A DNA stretch of 64,000 nt, from positions 363,568,001-363,632,000 of the forward strand of contig OZ024740.1 in the NCBI GenBank assembly GCA_964016885.1, given 5' to 3'. The notes beneath the pieces are model-generated. The model saw only the letters and a program-made list of their open reading frames with translations. It had not been told where the DNA came from and ran no database searches. The stretch comes from Eledone cirrhosa (Eukaryota). The translations under genes and the position numbers were made by a program. Below, one piece after another: positions 46,301 to 58,622 of this stretch (its first letter is position 1; each line of letters starts with the position of its first letter).

Positions 46301-49300
46301 CACACATTACCTCCCAATACTGGTCCACAACACACATTACCTCCAAATACTGGTCCACAACACACATTAACTCCCAATACTGGTACACAACACACATTCC
46401 CTCCTGATGCTGGTCCACAGCACACATTACCTCTCAATACTGGTCCACAACACACATTACCTCCTGATGCTGGTCCACAACACACATTACCTCCCAATAC
46501 TGGTCCACAGCACACGTTACCTCTCAATACTGGTCCACAACACACATTACCTCCTGATGCTGGTCCACAACACACATTACCTCCAAATACTGGTCCACAA
46601 CACACATTAACTCCCAATACTGGTCCACAACACACATTCCCTCCTGATGCTGGTCCACAGCACACATTACCTCTCAATACTGGTCCACAACACACATTAC
46701 CTCCTGACGCTGGTCCACAACCCACATTCCCTCCCAATACTGGTCCACAACACACATTCCCTCCCAATACTGGTCCACAACACACATTCCCTCCCAATAC
46801 TGGTCCACAACACACATTACCTCCCAATACTGGTCCACAACACACATTCCCTCCCAATACTGGTCCACAACACACATTACCTCCCAATTCTGGTCAACAA
46901 CACACATTACCTCCCAATACTGGTCCACAACACACATTACCTCCCTATACTGGTCCACAACACACATTACCTCCCAATACTGGTCCACTACACACATCAC
47001 CTCCCAATACTGGTCCACAACACACATTTCCTCCTGATGCTGGTCCACAACACACATTTCCTCCTGATGCTGGTCCACAACAAACATTCCCTCCTGATGC
47101 TGGTCCACAACACACATTTCCTCCTGATGCTGGTCCACAACACACATTTCCTCCTGATGCTGGTCCACAACAAACATTCCCTCCTGATGCTGGTCCATAA
47201 CACACATTACCTCCCAATACTGGTCCACAACACACATTACCTCCCAATACTGGTCCACAACACACATTACCTCCCAATACTGGTCCACAACACACATTAC
47301 CTCCCAATACTGGTCCACAATACACATTACCTCCCAATACTGGTCCACTACACACATTACCTCCCAATACTGGTCCACAACACACATTACCTCCCAATAC
47401 TGGTCCACTACACACATTACCTCCCAATACTGGTCCACAATACACATTACCTCCCAATACTGGTCCACTACACACATTACCTCCCAATACTGGTCCACAA
47501 CACACATTACCTCCCAATACTGGTCCACAACACACATTCCCTCCTGATGCTGGTCCATAACACACATTCCCTCCTGATGCTGGTCCACAACACACATTAC
47601 CTCCCAATACTGGTCCACAATACACATTACCTCCCAATACTGGTCCACAACACACATTACCTCCTGATGCTGGTCCATAACACACATTCCCTCCTGATGC
47701 TGGTCCACAACACACATTTCCTCCTGATGCTGGTCCACAACACACATTACCTCCTGATGCTGGTCCACAACACACATTACCTCCCAATACTAGTCCACAA
47801 CACACGTTACCTCCCAATACTGGTCCACAACACACATTGCCTCCTGATACTGGTCCACTACACACATTACCTCCCAATACTGGTCCACAACACACATTAC
47901 CTCCCAATACTGGTCCACAACACACATAACCTCCTGATGCTGGTCCATAACACACATTCCCTCCTGATGCTGGTCCACAACACACATTTCCTCCTGATGC
48001 TGGTCCACAACACACATTACCTCCTGATGCTGGTCCACAACACACATTACCTCCCAATACTGGTCCACAACACATATTACCTCCCAATACTGGTCCACAA
48101 CACACATTACCTCCCAATACTGGTCCACAACACACATTACCTCCCAATACTGGTCCACAACACACATTACCTGCCAATACGGGTCCACAACATACATTAA
48201 CTCCCAATAACTGGTCCACAACACACATTACCTACCAATACTGGTCCACAACACAAATTACCTCCCAATACTGGTCCCAACACACATTACCTGCTGATTG
48301 TGGTGCACAACACACATTAACTCCCAATACTGGTCCACAACACACATTACATCGCAATACTGGTCCACAAAACACATTACCTCCCAATACTGGTCCACAA
48401 CACACATTACCTCCTGATGCTGGTCCATAACACATATTACCTCCCAATACTGGTCCACAACACACATTACGTCCCAATACTGGTCCACAATACACATTAC
48501 CTCCCAATACTGGTCCACAACACACATTACCTCCCAATACTGGTCCACAACACACATTACCTCCTGATACTGTTCCACAACACACATTACTTCCCAATAC
48601 TGGTCCACAACACACATTACCTCCCAATACTGGTCCACAACACACATTACCTCCCAATACTGGTCCACAACACACATTACCTCCAAATACTGGTCCACAA
48701 CACACATTAACTCCCAATACTGGTACACAACACACATTCCCTCCTGATGCTGGTCCACAGCACACATTACCTCTCAATACTGGTCCACAACACACATTAC
48801 CTCCTGATGCTGGTCCACAACACACATTACCTCCCAATACTGGCCTACAACACACATTACCTCCCAATACTGGTCCACAACACACATTACCTCCCAATAC
48901 TGGTCCACAACACACATTACCTCCTGATGCTGGTCCACAGCACACGTTACCTCTCAATACTGGTCCACAACACACATTACCTCCTGATGCTGGTCCACAA
49001 CACACATTAACTCCCAATACTGGTACACAACACACATTCCCTCCTGATGCTGGTCCACAGCACACATTACCTCTCAATAGTGGTCCACAACACACATTAC
49101 CTCCTGACGCTGGTCCACAACCCACATTCCCTCCCAATACTGGTCCACAACACACATTCCCTCCTGATCTGGTCCACAACACACATCTCCTCCCAATACT
49201 GGTCCACAACACACATTACCTCCCAATACTGGTCCACAACACACATTACCTCCTAATACTGGTCTACAACACACATTACCTCCTGATGCTGGTCCACTAC

Positions 49301-52300
49301 ACATATTACCTGCCAATACTGTTCCACAACACACATTACCTCCCTATACTGGTCCACAACACACATTACCTCACAATACTGGTCCACTACACACATCACC
49401 TCCCAATACTGGTCCACAACACACATAACCTCCTGATGCTGGTCCATAACACACATTCCCTCCTGATGCTGGTCCACAACACACATTTCCGCCTGATGCT
49501 GGTCCACAACACACATAACCTCCTGATGCTGGTCCATAACACACATTACCTCATGATACTGGTACACAACACACATTACCTCCCAATACTGGTCCACAAC
49601 ACACATTACCTCCTGATGCTGGTCCACTACACATATTACCTGCCAATACTGTTCCACAACACACATTACCTCCCAATACTGTTCCACAACACACATTACC
49701 TCCCAATACTGGTCCACAACACACATTACCTCACAATACTGGTCCACTACACACATCACCTCCCAATACTGGTCCACAACACACATTTCCTCCTGATGGT
49801 GGTCCACAACACACATAACCTGCTGATGCTGGTCCCCAACACACATTTCCTCTTGTGCAGGTCTCCAACACACATTACCTCCCAATACTGGTCCACAACA
49901 CATATTACCTCCCAATACTGGTCCACAACACACATTACCTCCCAATACTGGTCCACAACACACATTACCTACCAATACTGGTCCACAACACACATTACCT
50001 ACCAATACTGGTCCACAACACACATTACCTCCCAATACTGGTCCACAACACACATTACCTCCCAATACTGGTCCACAACACATATTACCTCCCAATACTG
50101 GTCCACAACACACATTACCTCCCAATACTGGTCCACAACACACATTACCTACCAATACTGGTCCACAACACACATTACCTGCCAATACGGGTCCACAACA
50201 TACATTAACTCCCAATAACTGGTCCACAACACACATTACCTACCAATACTGGTCCACAACGCAAATTACCTCCCAATACTGGTCCCAACACACATTACCT
50301 CCTGATTGTGGTGCACAACACACATTAACTCCCAATACTGGTCCACAACACACATTACATCCCAATACTGGTCCACAATACACATTACCTCCCAATACTG
50401 GTCCACAACACACATTACCTCCCAATACTGGTCCACACACACATTACCTCCTAATTGTGGTCCACAACGCAAATTACCTCCCAATACTGGTCCCAACACA
50501 CATTACCTCCTGATTGTGGTGCACAACACACATTACCTCCCAATACTGGTCCACAACACATATTACCTCCCAATACTGGTCCACAACACACATTACCTCC
50601 CAATACTGGTCCACAACACACATTACCTCCCAATACTGGTCCACAACACACATTACTTCCCAATACTGGTCCACAACACACATTACCTCCCAATACTGGT
50701 CCACAACACACATTACCTCCCAATACTGGTCCACAACACACATTACCTCCAAATACTGGTCCACAACACACATTAACTCCCAATACTGGTACACAACACA
50801 CATTCCTTCCTGATGCTGGTCCACAGCACACATTACCTCTCAATACTGGTCCACAACACACATTACCTCCTGACGCTGGTCCACAACACACATTAACTCC
50901 CAATACTGGTCCACAACACACATTCCCTCCTGATCTGGTCCACAACACACGTTTCCTCCCAATACTGGTCCACAACACACATTAACTCCCAATACTGGTC
51001 CACAACACACATTCCCTCCCAATACTGATCCACAACACACATTACCTCCTGATACTGGTCCACAACACACATTACCTCCCAATACTGATCCACAACACAC
51101 ATTACCTCCTGATACTGGTCCACAACACACATTACCTCCCAATACTGATCCACAACACACATTACCTCCTGATACTGGTCCACAACACACATTACCTCCC
51201 AATACTGGTCCACTACACACATCACCTCCCAATACTGGTCCACAACACACATAACCTCCTGATGCTGGTCCATAACACACATTCCCTCCTGATGCTGGTC
51301 CACAACACACATTTCCTCCTGATGCTGGTCCACAACACACATTACCTCCTGATGCTGGTCCCCAACACACATTTCCTCTTGTGCAGGTCTCCAACACACA
51401 TTACCTCCCAATACTGGTCCACAACACATATTACCTCCCAATACTGGTCCACAACACACATTACCTCCCAATACTGGTCCACAACACACATTACCTCCCA
51501 ATACTGGTCCACAACACACATTACCTGCCAATACGGGTCCACAACATACATTAACTCCCAATAACTGGTCCACAACACACATTACCTACCAATACTGGTC
51601 CACAACACAAATTACCTCCCAATACTGGTCCCAACACACATTACCTCCTGATTGTGGTGCACAACACACATTAACTCCCAATACTGGTCCACAACACACA
51701 TTACGTCCCAATACTGGTCCACAACACACATTACTTCCCAATACTGGTCCACAACACACATCACCTCCCAATACTGGTCCACAACACACATTACCTGCCA
51801 ATGCTGGTCCACAACACACATTACCTCCCAATACTGGTCCACAACACACATTACCTCCCAATACTGGTCCACAACACACATTACCTCCCAATACTGGTCC
51901 ACAACACACATTACCTCCAAATACTGGTCCACAACACACATTAACTCCCAATACTGGTACACAACAAACATTCCTTCCTGATGCTGGTCCACAGCACACA
52001 TTACCTCTCAATACTGGTCCACAACACACATTACCTCCTGATGCTGGTCCACAACACACATTACCTCCCAATACTGGCCCACAACACACATTACCTCCCA
52101 ATACTGGTCCACAACACACATTATCTCCTGATGCTGGTCCACAACCCACATTCCCTCCCAATACTGGTCCACAACACACATTTCCACCTGATTCTGGTCC
52201 CCAACACACATAACCTGCTGATGCTGGTCCACAACACACATTTCCTCCTGTGCAGGTCCCCAACACACATTACCTCCCAATACTGGTCCACAACACATAT

Positions 52301-52692
52301 TACCTCCCAATACTGGTCCACAACACACATTACCTCCCAATACTGGTCCACAACACACATTACCTGCCAATACGGGTCCACAACATACATTAACTCCCAA
52401 TAACTGGTCCACAATACACATTACCTACCAATACTGGTCCACAACACAAATTACCTACCAATACTGGTCCCAACACACATTACCTCCTGATGCTGGTGCA
52501 CAACACACATTACCTACCAATACTGGTCCACAACACAAATTACCTACCAATACTGGTCCCAACACACATTACCTCCTGATGCTGGTGCACAACACACATT
52601 AACTCCCAATACTGGTCCACAACACACATCACCACGCACTACTGGTCCACAAAACACATTACCTCCCAATACTGGTCCACAACACACATTAC
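4361..52692. repeat. ~48-kb tandem satellite/minisatellite, 30-bp unit, ~1,600 copies, two main variants (…CCCAATACTGGTCC… and …CCTGATGCTGGTCC…)
   Basis: A 30-bp period is directly visible from 4361 to 52692. Occasional 29-, 31-, 32- and 12-bp units shift the phase. The plus strand is strongly C/A-rich. Most units contain GGTCC. Confidence 0.99.
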
Positions 52693-53475
52693 TTATATAT
52701 TGGGCACATTCTGTAATGTAAATCTTCACAGACACATATTTTGACCGTTTTTTTCTTCGCTGCTTCTAGCAGAGGATCTTTCCCTTGTAAATACGTACAC
52801 TTGCAGTATAATAATGGGGAAACGCAAAGGGCTACCCCAAGAAATAAAATGTACTAAATTTAAAAAAAGAGGGAGGGGACATTCTTCAGGTGCAAAAAGG
52901 GAACATGTTAGCCACATTGTACAAAGAAAAATGGCAAATGTTGTTCCTATCTTTCAACCAACAACCAGGTGTTGGGGCTGAAGGTAAACCTTTAGTCAAC
53001 ATCTCCCACAATAAATATATGGGTGGGGGGTTGACAAATCTGACCAGTATTGCGCATATTACACAATTGGACGCCCTGGAAAGAAATGGTGGAGATATAT
53101 CTTGTGGTTTTTAGTGAATTTAACCATTGTGAATTCTTTTATTGTATTCACTAAAAGCTACAAGGATTGGCCACCACCAAAGGACTACTGCCACATGAAA
53201 TTTTGTGTGGACGTCGCATCTCAGTTACGTGGAGGACATACTTTTCACAAACACAAAGCTGGGAGAAAATCAAAATTATCTGAGGTAAACAAAGAAATAT
53301 TGATTTTCATAAAGTGGAGAAAATTGATGGGAGGAAGGTTTGCTGAATGTGTTCTTTGCAAAAAAGAAAAACTGCTAAACGTTACCAAATTGAAATCTCA
53401 TTTATGTGTTCCTTTTCCAAAGTGCCATTATGTAAAGTGTGTTTTGGCCAATTCCACAATAGAAATATTGTCTGA
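52693..53475 (+). pseudogene. piggyBac transposase C-terminal half (DDE_Tnp_1_7-like core plus Cys-rich domain), decayed
   Basis: Reading across frameshifts: HRHI.FDRFF(S)SLLLAEDL...TYTCS...RKGLP, KPLVNISHNKYMGGVDKSDQYCAYYTIGRPGKKWWRYILWFLVNLTIVNSFIVF, then C-terminal C*MC...SFMCSFSKVPLCKVCFGQFH, stop at 53473-53475. These correspond to the second and third catalytic-Asp regions and the CRD of piggyBac. Confidence 0.9.
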
Positions 53476-53995
53476 AAATATTGAAAAATATATTGGAACA
53501 CGTTATGTACGGAAACACCTGCATTCACCTGTGTCACACCTGCATCACACCTGTTAATGGAGTATCTTAATGTTCTATGTACTCACTAGTTATCAAAAAT
53601 CTTTAATCACATTGCATTTATGTATTTCAGGTATCCTGTTGATGAAAGTGGTACTGTTAAATGAACCCCTAAAGAATGACTACTCCTCAAGAAAATGCAC
53701 AATGTGTGTCATGGTTTATTGAAACAAAATCAGACTCAGCGAAACTACAGAACTAAGTATGGAAGAGATCCACCGTCACATCCGTCAATTCATGCATGGC
53801 ACAAGAAATTTATGGAAAGAGGAGCATTGTTGGATAAAGGCAGAAGTGGACGACTAAGAATATCTGAGGAAAACATCGATCGTGTAAGACAAGCCTTTCA
53901 GTGTTCTCCTACAAAGCCCATCTGTACTGCTGTCAGACAGTTACAGCTGCCACCTTCAACAGTACAAAAAGTCCTACACAAGAACTTGCAATTGT

Positions 53996-54044
53996 CATGT
54001 CATCATTATCATCATTTAACGTCCATCTTCCACGCTACCATGGG
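53996..54044 (-). mobile_element. ~50-bp 5'-truncated retroelement 3' end inserted into the DD41D transposase
   Basis: 'catcattatcatcatttaacgtccatcttccacgctaccatggg' interrupts ...aacttgcaattgt|atgcttacaaagtg (NL.LYAYKV). Its reverse complement ends in an (ATG)n-like tail, as in RTE-type 3' ends. Confidence 0.6.
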
Positions 54045-54699
54045 ATGCTTACAAAGTGTAAATCTTACAGATACTCAAGCCAAATGATAAACCAAGACGA
54101 AAAGAGTTTCCAGTTAGCATGCTGGAATGAATTTCTGAGGATGAAACGTTCCTCACCTGAGTTTGTTTTAGTTATGAGGCAACCTTTCATGTTTCATGGA
54201 AACTGAATACACATAATGTGAGAATCTGGGGATCAGAATACCCCCATGTGACTAGTGAACTTCACTGAGATAGTCCAAAGGTGGAATGTGTGGTGTGGAA
54301 TCATGTGCAATCAAATCATTGCTCCGCTTTTCTTCAATGAGACATCAGTTACTGCAAATGTTTACCTTAACCTTTTGACTGAACATGTGGCACCACAACT
54401 AGATGACCTTCAACAAACAATCATTTTCCAGCAAGATGGTGCACCACCAAAATGAGGACTGCATGTTCATGGGTTCCTAAATCAAATATTTCCAAACCGG
54501 TGGATTGGAAGGGATGGCCCAATTCCCTGGTCACCTCATTCACCAGATATCACTCCTCTGGACTTCTTCCTATGGAGTTATGTTATAGATATCGTGTATC
54601 GAACAAAGATACAGCGAACATGGCAAGAAATCGAGTACCGTCTTGATGTGATTCGTGCAACTAATGGTGCCCATATGGAGGTGTATTGAATTAGTTAAA

Positions 54700-54884
54700 A
54701 TTGGCAGTATCAGTAAAGGGTTGGATGCCATGCTTTTGACGCATAGAGTTACGGCCCTTGCCATTCTGAGTTCAAATCCCGCCGAGGTTAACTTTGCCTT
54801 TCATTCTTACGGGGGCGATAAAATAAAGTACCAGTAATGCACTGGGATAATTACTGGCCTTGTGCCAAATGTAGAAACAATTAT
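54700..54884 (+). mobile_element. tRNA-related SINE with 10-bp TSD
   Basis: B-box-like 'gagttcaaatccc' and central 'actttgcctttcat.cttacgggg.cgataaaataaagtaccagt'. Flanked by ATTAGTTAAA at 54690-54699 and 54885-54894. Three more copies occur in the window. Confidence 0.85.
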
Positions 54885-55001
54885 ATTAGTTAAAGAAACA
54901 CCAATATCTATGCCTCATTTTGTAACAATTTCCACATATTTGTCTGTTCATTTGCTTTTGCAAAAAATTTTTTTAGTTGTAAAGAGACTTTATTGACACG
55001 T

Positions 55002-55111
<110 letters not shown>

Positions 55112-55117
55112 TACATA

Positions 55118-56014
55118 CGAGGTGTGTCAGAAAAGTTCCAGGACTGATGTCACAAAAGATTTATTTCAAACCCAAACTTTACACTAAGAGTTTTCTCCTT
55201 CCAAGTAATCCCCCTGGAGTATGTAACTGTAATCTTAGCTCTCTGCAGCGATCAAACTTTTTTCTTCATACTTTTATATACATGTCCTCTGTTTCAGGTC
55301 ATCAAGCAATGAGCACAGAGCAACGAACAAACTTGAAAACTCCGTCAGAAGCACTGGGATTGCTGCAGCAAGTGTATGGAGGTGAGACAATGTCACACTT
55401 GTGTGTTCTGGATGTGGTGCAAGAGGTTTAAAGAAGGACGCGAGGACGTGGAAGATGACCCCAGGAGCGGAAGGCCCTCAACAACCACGACTGAGGTCAA
55501 CGTTGAGCGCATCAGGCAGATGGTGCGTAGCAATCGTCGCCTGACTGTTCGACTGATGGCAAATGAGCTGGGCATGAATCGGGACAGCGTCTGGAAGATT
55601 CTCACTGAAGATTTGGACATGCGGAAAATCTATGCAAAGATGGTGCCAAAACTGCTGAACGATGACCAGAAGGGATGACACATGCAAGTGTGCCAGGACA
55701 TCCTCGAGCCTCTTGAAACCAAACCAGATTTGCTAGGGTCAGTCATCACTAGTGAAGAGTCACGGATCTTCGAGTAAGACCCGGAGGGGACCCGTTTTGA
55801 AGACGTGGACGACATCAAAAAAGCCATGACGATGGAACTGCGGAGGATCCCGGAGGAATCCTTCCAGGAGTGCATGCAAGCGTGGCAGAAAAGGATGGAA
55901 AAGTGCATTAGACTCCAGGGGGATTACTTTGAATGAGAAAACTCTTAGTGTGAAGTTTGGGTTTGAAATAAATCTTTTGTGACATCAGTCTTGGAACTTT
56001 TCTGACACACTTCG
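55118..56014 (+). mobile_element. Internally deleted mariner element with ~103-bp terminal inverted repeats and TA TSD
   Basis: IRs at 55118-55220 and 55912-56014, with TA on both sides. Transposase remnants: W.KRFKEGREDVEDDPRSGRP, AKMVPKLL (WVPHEL-like motif), ITSEESRIFE*DPE fused to GTRFEDVDDIK...KCIRLQGDYFE*. Confidence 0.92.
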
Positions 56015-56122
56015 TATATACATATACACATATAAACATATATACATATATATACATATACATACATATACATATATATACATATACATATGTATATATA
56101 TTACATATATATATATATACAC

Positions 56123-56153
<31 letters not shown>

Positions 56154-56414
56154 TGTATGCACACATATATATATACACACACATATATATATATACACAT
56201 ATACGTATACACACATATATATATATACACATATATATAAATACATTTATATACATATATATATGCACATATATATACATATACATATATATATATACAT
56301 ACATATATATATATACACATATATATACATATACATATATATATACATACATATATATACATATACATCCATAGACATATATATATACATATATATATAT
56401 ATATACATATACAC

Positions 56415-56467
<53 letters not shown>

Positions 56468-56560
56468 CACACACATATATATACACATATATATAGACAT
56501 ATATATATACATATATATACATGCATATACATATATATATATATATACATACATACATAT
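56015..56560. repeat. Degenerate (TA)/(TACA) low-complexity tract
   Basis: About 545 bp of alternating purine/pyrimidine TA/CA repeats. Confidence 0.95.
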
Positions 56561-57195
56561 GGTGGCTGCCAACTCGTTTTCGAGTACGGCCACTACTTTA
56601 TACCCATGTAGGAGAACCCCTACTGATGCGCTGAACGAGTGTGACTTTCTAGTCCAGCCAGCGACTTGAAAACTCTGGTACAAACACTACACTTGTGACA
56701 ATTACTGACTCATAGTGCTGGGCCCATGGTACCATGTGACGACAAGTGCAGAGAGATCTCCAGATATAAAGCAATGCCTGTGCCGTGAAGCTTTTATAGT
56801 GAGCAAAGGCACTGCACAAAGCCAGTCCCACTCTCTTAACCAAGATGATATTTACCAAAAAGAAGAACAAGTCAACATCATTGGATACCATCAGAGTTGC
56901 AGGTGTTATATCAGAGTTTTCCTTCTCCCAGAATTCTGCCTTGACAAAGGCTAAGGGGTCATCTCTCCCAGACAAAGGCTAAGGGGTCATCTCTCCCGGT
57001 GATTTTGGATGGCCATTGACTCTTAAGAGCTCCTTTGCCCTTTGACAGGTTTTGTTTTTAGTCCTGCAGGATGTCCAAAGTCACGCTCCTCACCAAGAAA
57101 CCTTGGTGGGGTTGCCAGTTTAGTCGCCACCGACTCGACCATGGGACAGGTTGTACTGGAATACATGTTATCAGTAGCACCAACTAGTGACCTGA
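56561..57195 (-). mobile_element. Probable 5' UTR region of an RTE-like LINE; contains a 27-bp tandem duplication
   Basis: Minus-strand 'ggcagaattctgggagaaggaaaactctga' resembles an RTE 5'-UTR motif (recalled, not searched). Bounded by microsatellites. GACAAAGGCTAAGGGGTCATCTCTCCC is repeated at 56943-56969 and 56971-56997. Confidence 0.4.
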
Positions 57196-57604
57196 CACAT
57201 ACATGCATACATATATACACACACACACATACACACACAGATTCATATACACATATATACATATTTCAACGGTTCTCCTATGCAATCAAGATGTAATTCA
57301 TGCATTTGTTGTTGTTATGAGAATGGTATCCTCACATGAAATTCAATTTTGTGATATGCAGCTGGCAGGAAAAACACGTCCTTCTGCTCATGTGTCCAGC
57401 AGACATATGAGTTCCTAAAAGGGTCTCTCAGCCGTTGTGTTTACTGGAGTAAAGTGCTAGCCATGTGTCAATTAGCGAAATCAGGATTCACGTAACCCCC
57501 ACGGAATTAAGGTCGTAAATCAACAAAAGGATAACCCCTCATGTGTGTTGTGTTAATCTGTACCAAACGATAGTCTATGCATAGCTAGAATCCAGCAGAT
57601 AGTG

Positions 57605-57945
57605 GAGGCAATAAACGGAACACTGAGAGGGTGAGGTATATATTTTGTTGACAACCACATTGAAGACAACAGCTACAACAACAACAACATCAACAACAAC
57701 GACAACAACAGCAAACACCGACCAACGTCACCTACACTGGCCGTTGTAGTTACAGTGATAGTATTACCCAGCTAACAGCGACAACAATAACAACAACGTT
57801 GATGACAACAAAAGCAGCAATAAACGGAACTTTGAAGTAGGACGATATACACACTTGACGACAGCCATCTTCAAGACAGCAGCAATAACAACAACGCCAA
57901 CAACAGCAACAACGCCCCATTGGTCGTCATAGTAGTAATGATATT
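57605..57945. repeat. (AAC)-rich region built from a degenerate ~210-bp duplication
   Basis: 'gcaataaacggaac...gaagaca.cagc' plus an AAC run occurs at ~57608 and ~57817. The second copy is interrupted by the SINE just before 'ttacccagcta'. Confidence 0.55.
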
Positions 57946-58115
57946 TGTTTCAGGCACAAGGCCAGCAATAACCCAGTTCATTACTGGTACTTTATTTTAT
58001 CGACCCCGTAAGGATGAAAGGCAAAGTCAACCTCAGCGGGATTTGAACTCAGATCGCAAAGGGACGTAACTATGCTGGAAAGCATGGCGTCCGACCCTCT
58101 ACCGATACTACCAAT
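57945..58115 (-). mobile_element. SINE, same family as 54700-54884
   Basis: Reverse complement of the same body: 'ctggtactttattttatcgaccccgtaaggatgaaaggcaaagtcaacctc...atttgaactcag'. Confidence 0.85.
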
Positions 58116-58622
58116 TACCCAGCTAGTGGCACTGAGTACATCTCTACCCGAGAGCCCGGCAGCGGCAGCAATACCAACAACAACACCAATAATGAACTTG
58201 TCACGACGACAACCTATGTATGTATGTATGTGTGTGTATATATATGTAGATATATATGTGGATTTGTGTATGCGTAGACATGTGTGATGGTAGATATATA
58301 TATATATACTAGCAGTTTAGCCCGGCGTTGCTCGGGTTTGTTCATTTGCTATGAAAAGTTACATACAGGTAAACGTGGCTTGAAAGCGAATAAGCTTATC
58401 AATTAAGTGCATAAAGCAGTTGAACCGGTTATTAAAAGTTACGAACCAATTAGCATTTTGGACAATCAATGATGGGTTAATAATCTTCCAATAGCGAATT
58501 TAGTAGACCAAAGTTGCAAGATGGTGGCTCTGATGCTGCTGGGTGTCAGATCTGTCCGCCATGGGATACCCTACCAGGAAATAGTGTTTCAGACGGCATA
58601 GCTCCAACACCTGCACCAACAT

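Noticed and set aside
4361-52692. CRISPR array (30-bp repeats)
   Set aside because: Units are head-to-tail with no unique spacers, there are no cas genes, and the context is eukaryotic.
4361-52692. Telomeric repeat or G-quadruplex array
   Set aside because: No TTAGGG, and at most about one GGG run per 30 nt on the G-rich strand, too sparse for canonical G4.
4258-52735. Hundreds of long ORFs (His-rich, Cys/Gly-rich, Pro-rich) as real genes
   Set aside because: They overlap in up to five frames, switch frame at indel units, and show no signal peptide or splice structure. A 30-bp unit that lacks stops explains them.
53548-53557. TTAA at 53554 as the piggyBac right end
   Set aside because: It is not preceded by a GGG-type TIR terminus, and there is no left TIR to pair with.
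54760-54790. tRNA gene
   Set aside because: Only a B-box-like motif within a SINE head; no cloverleaf.
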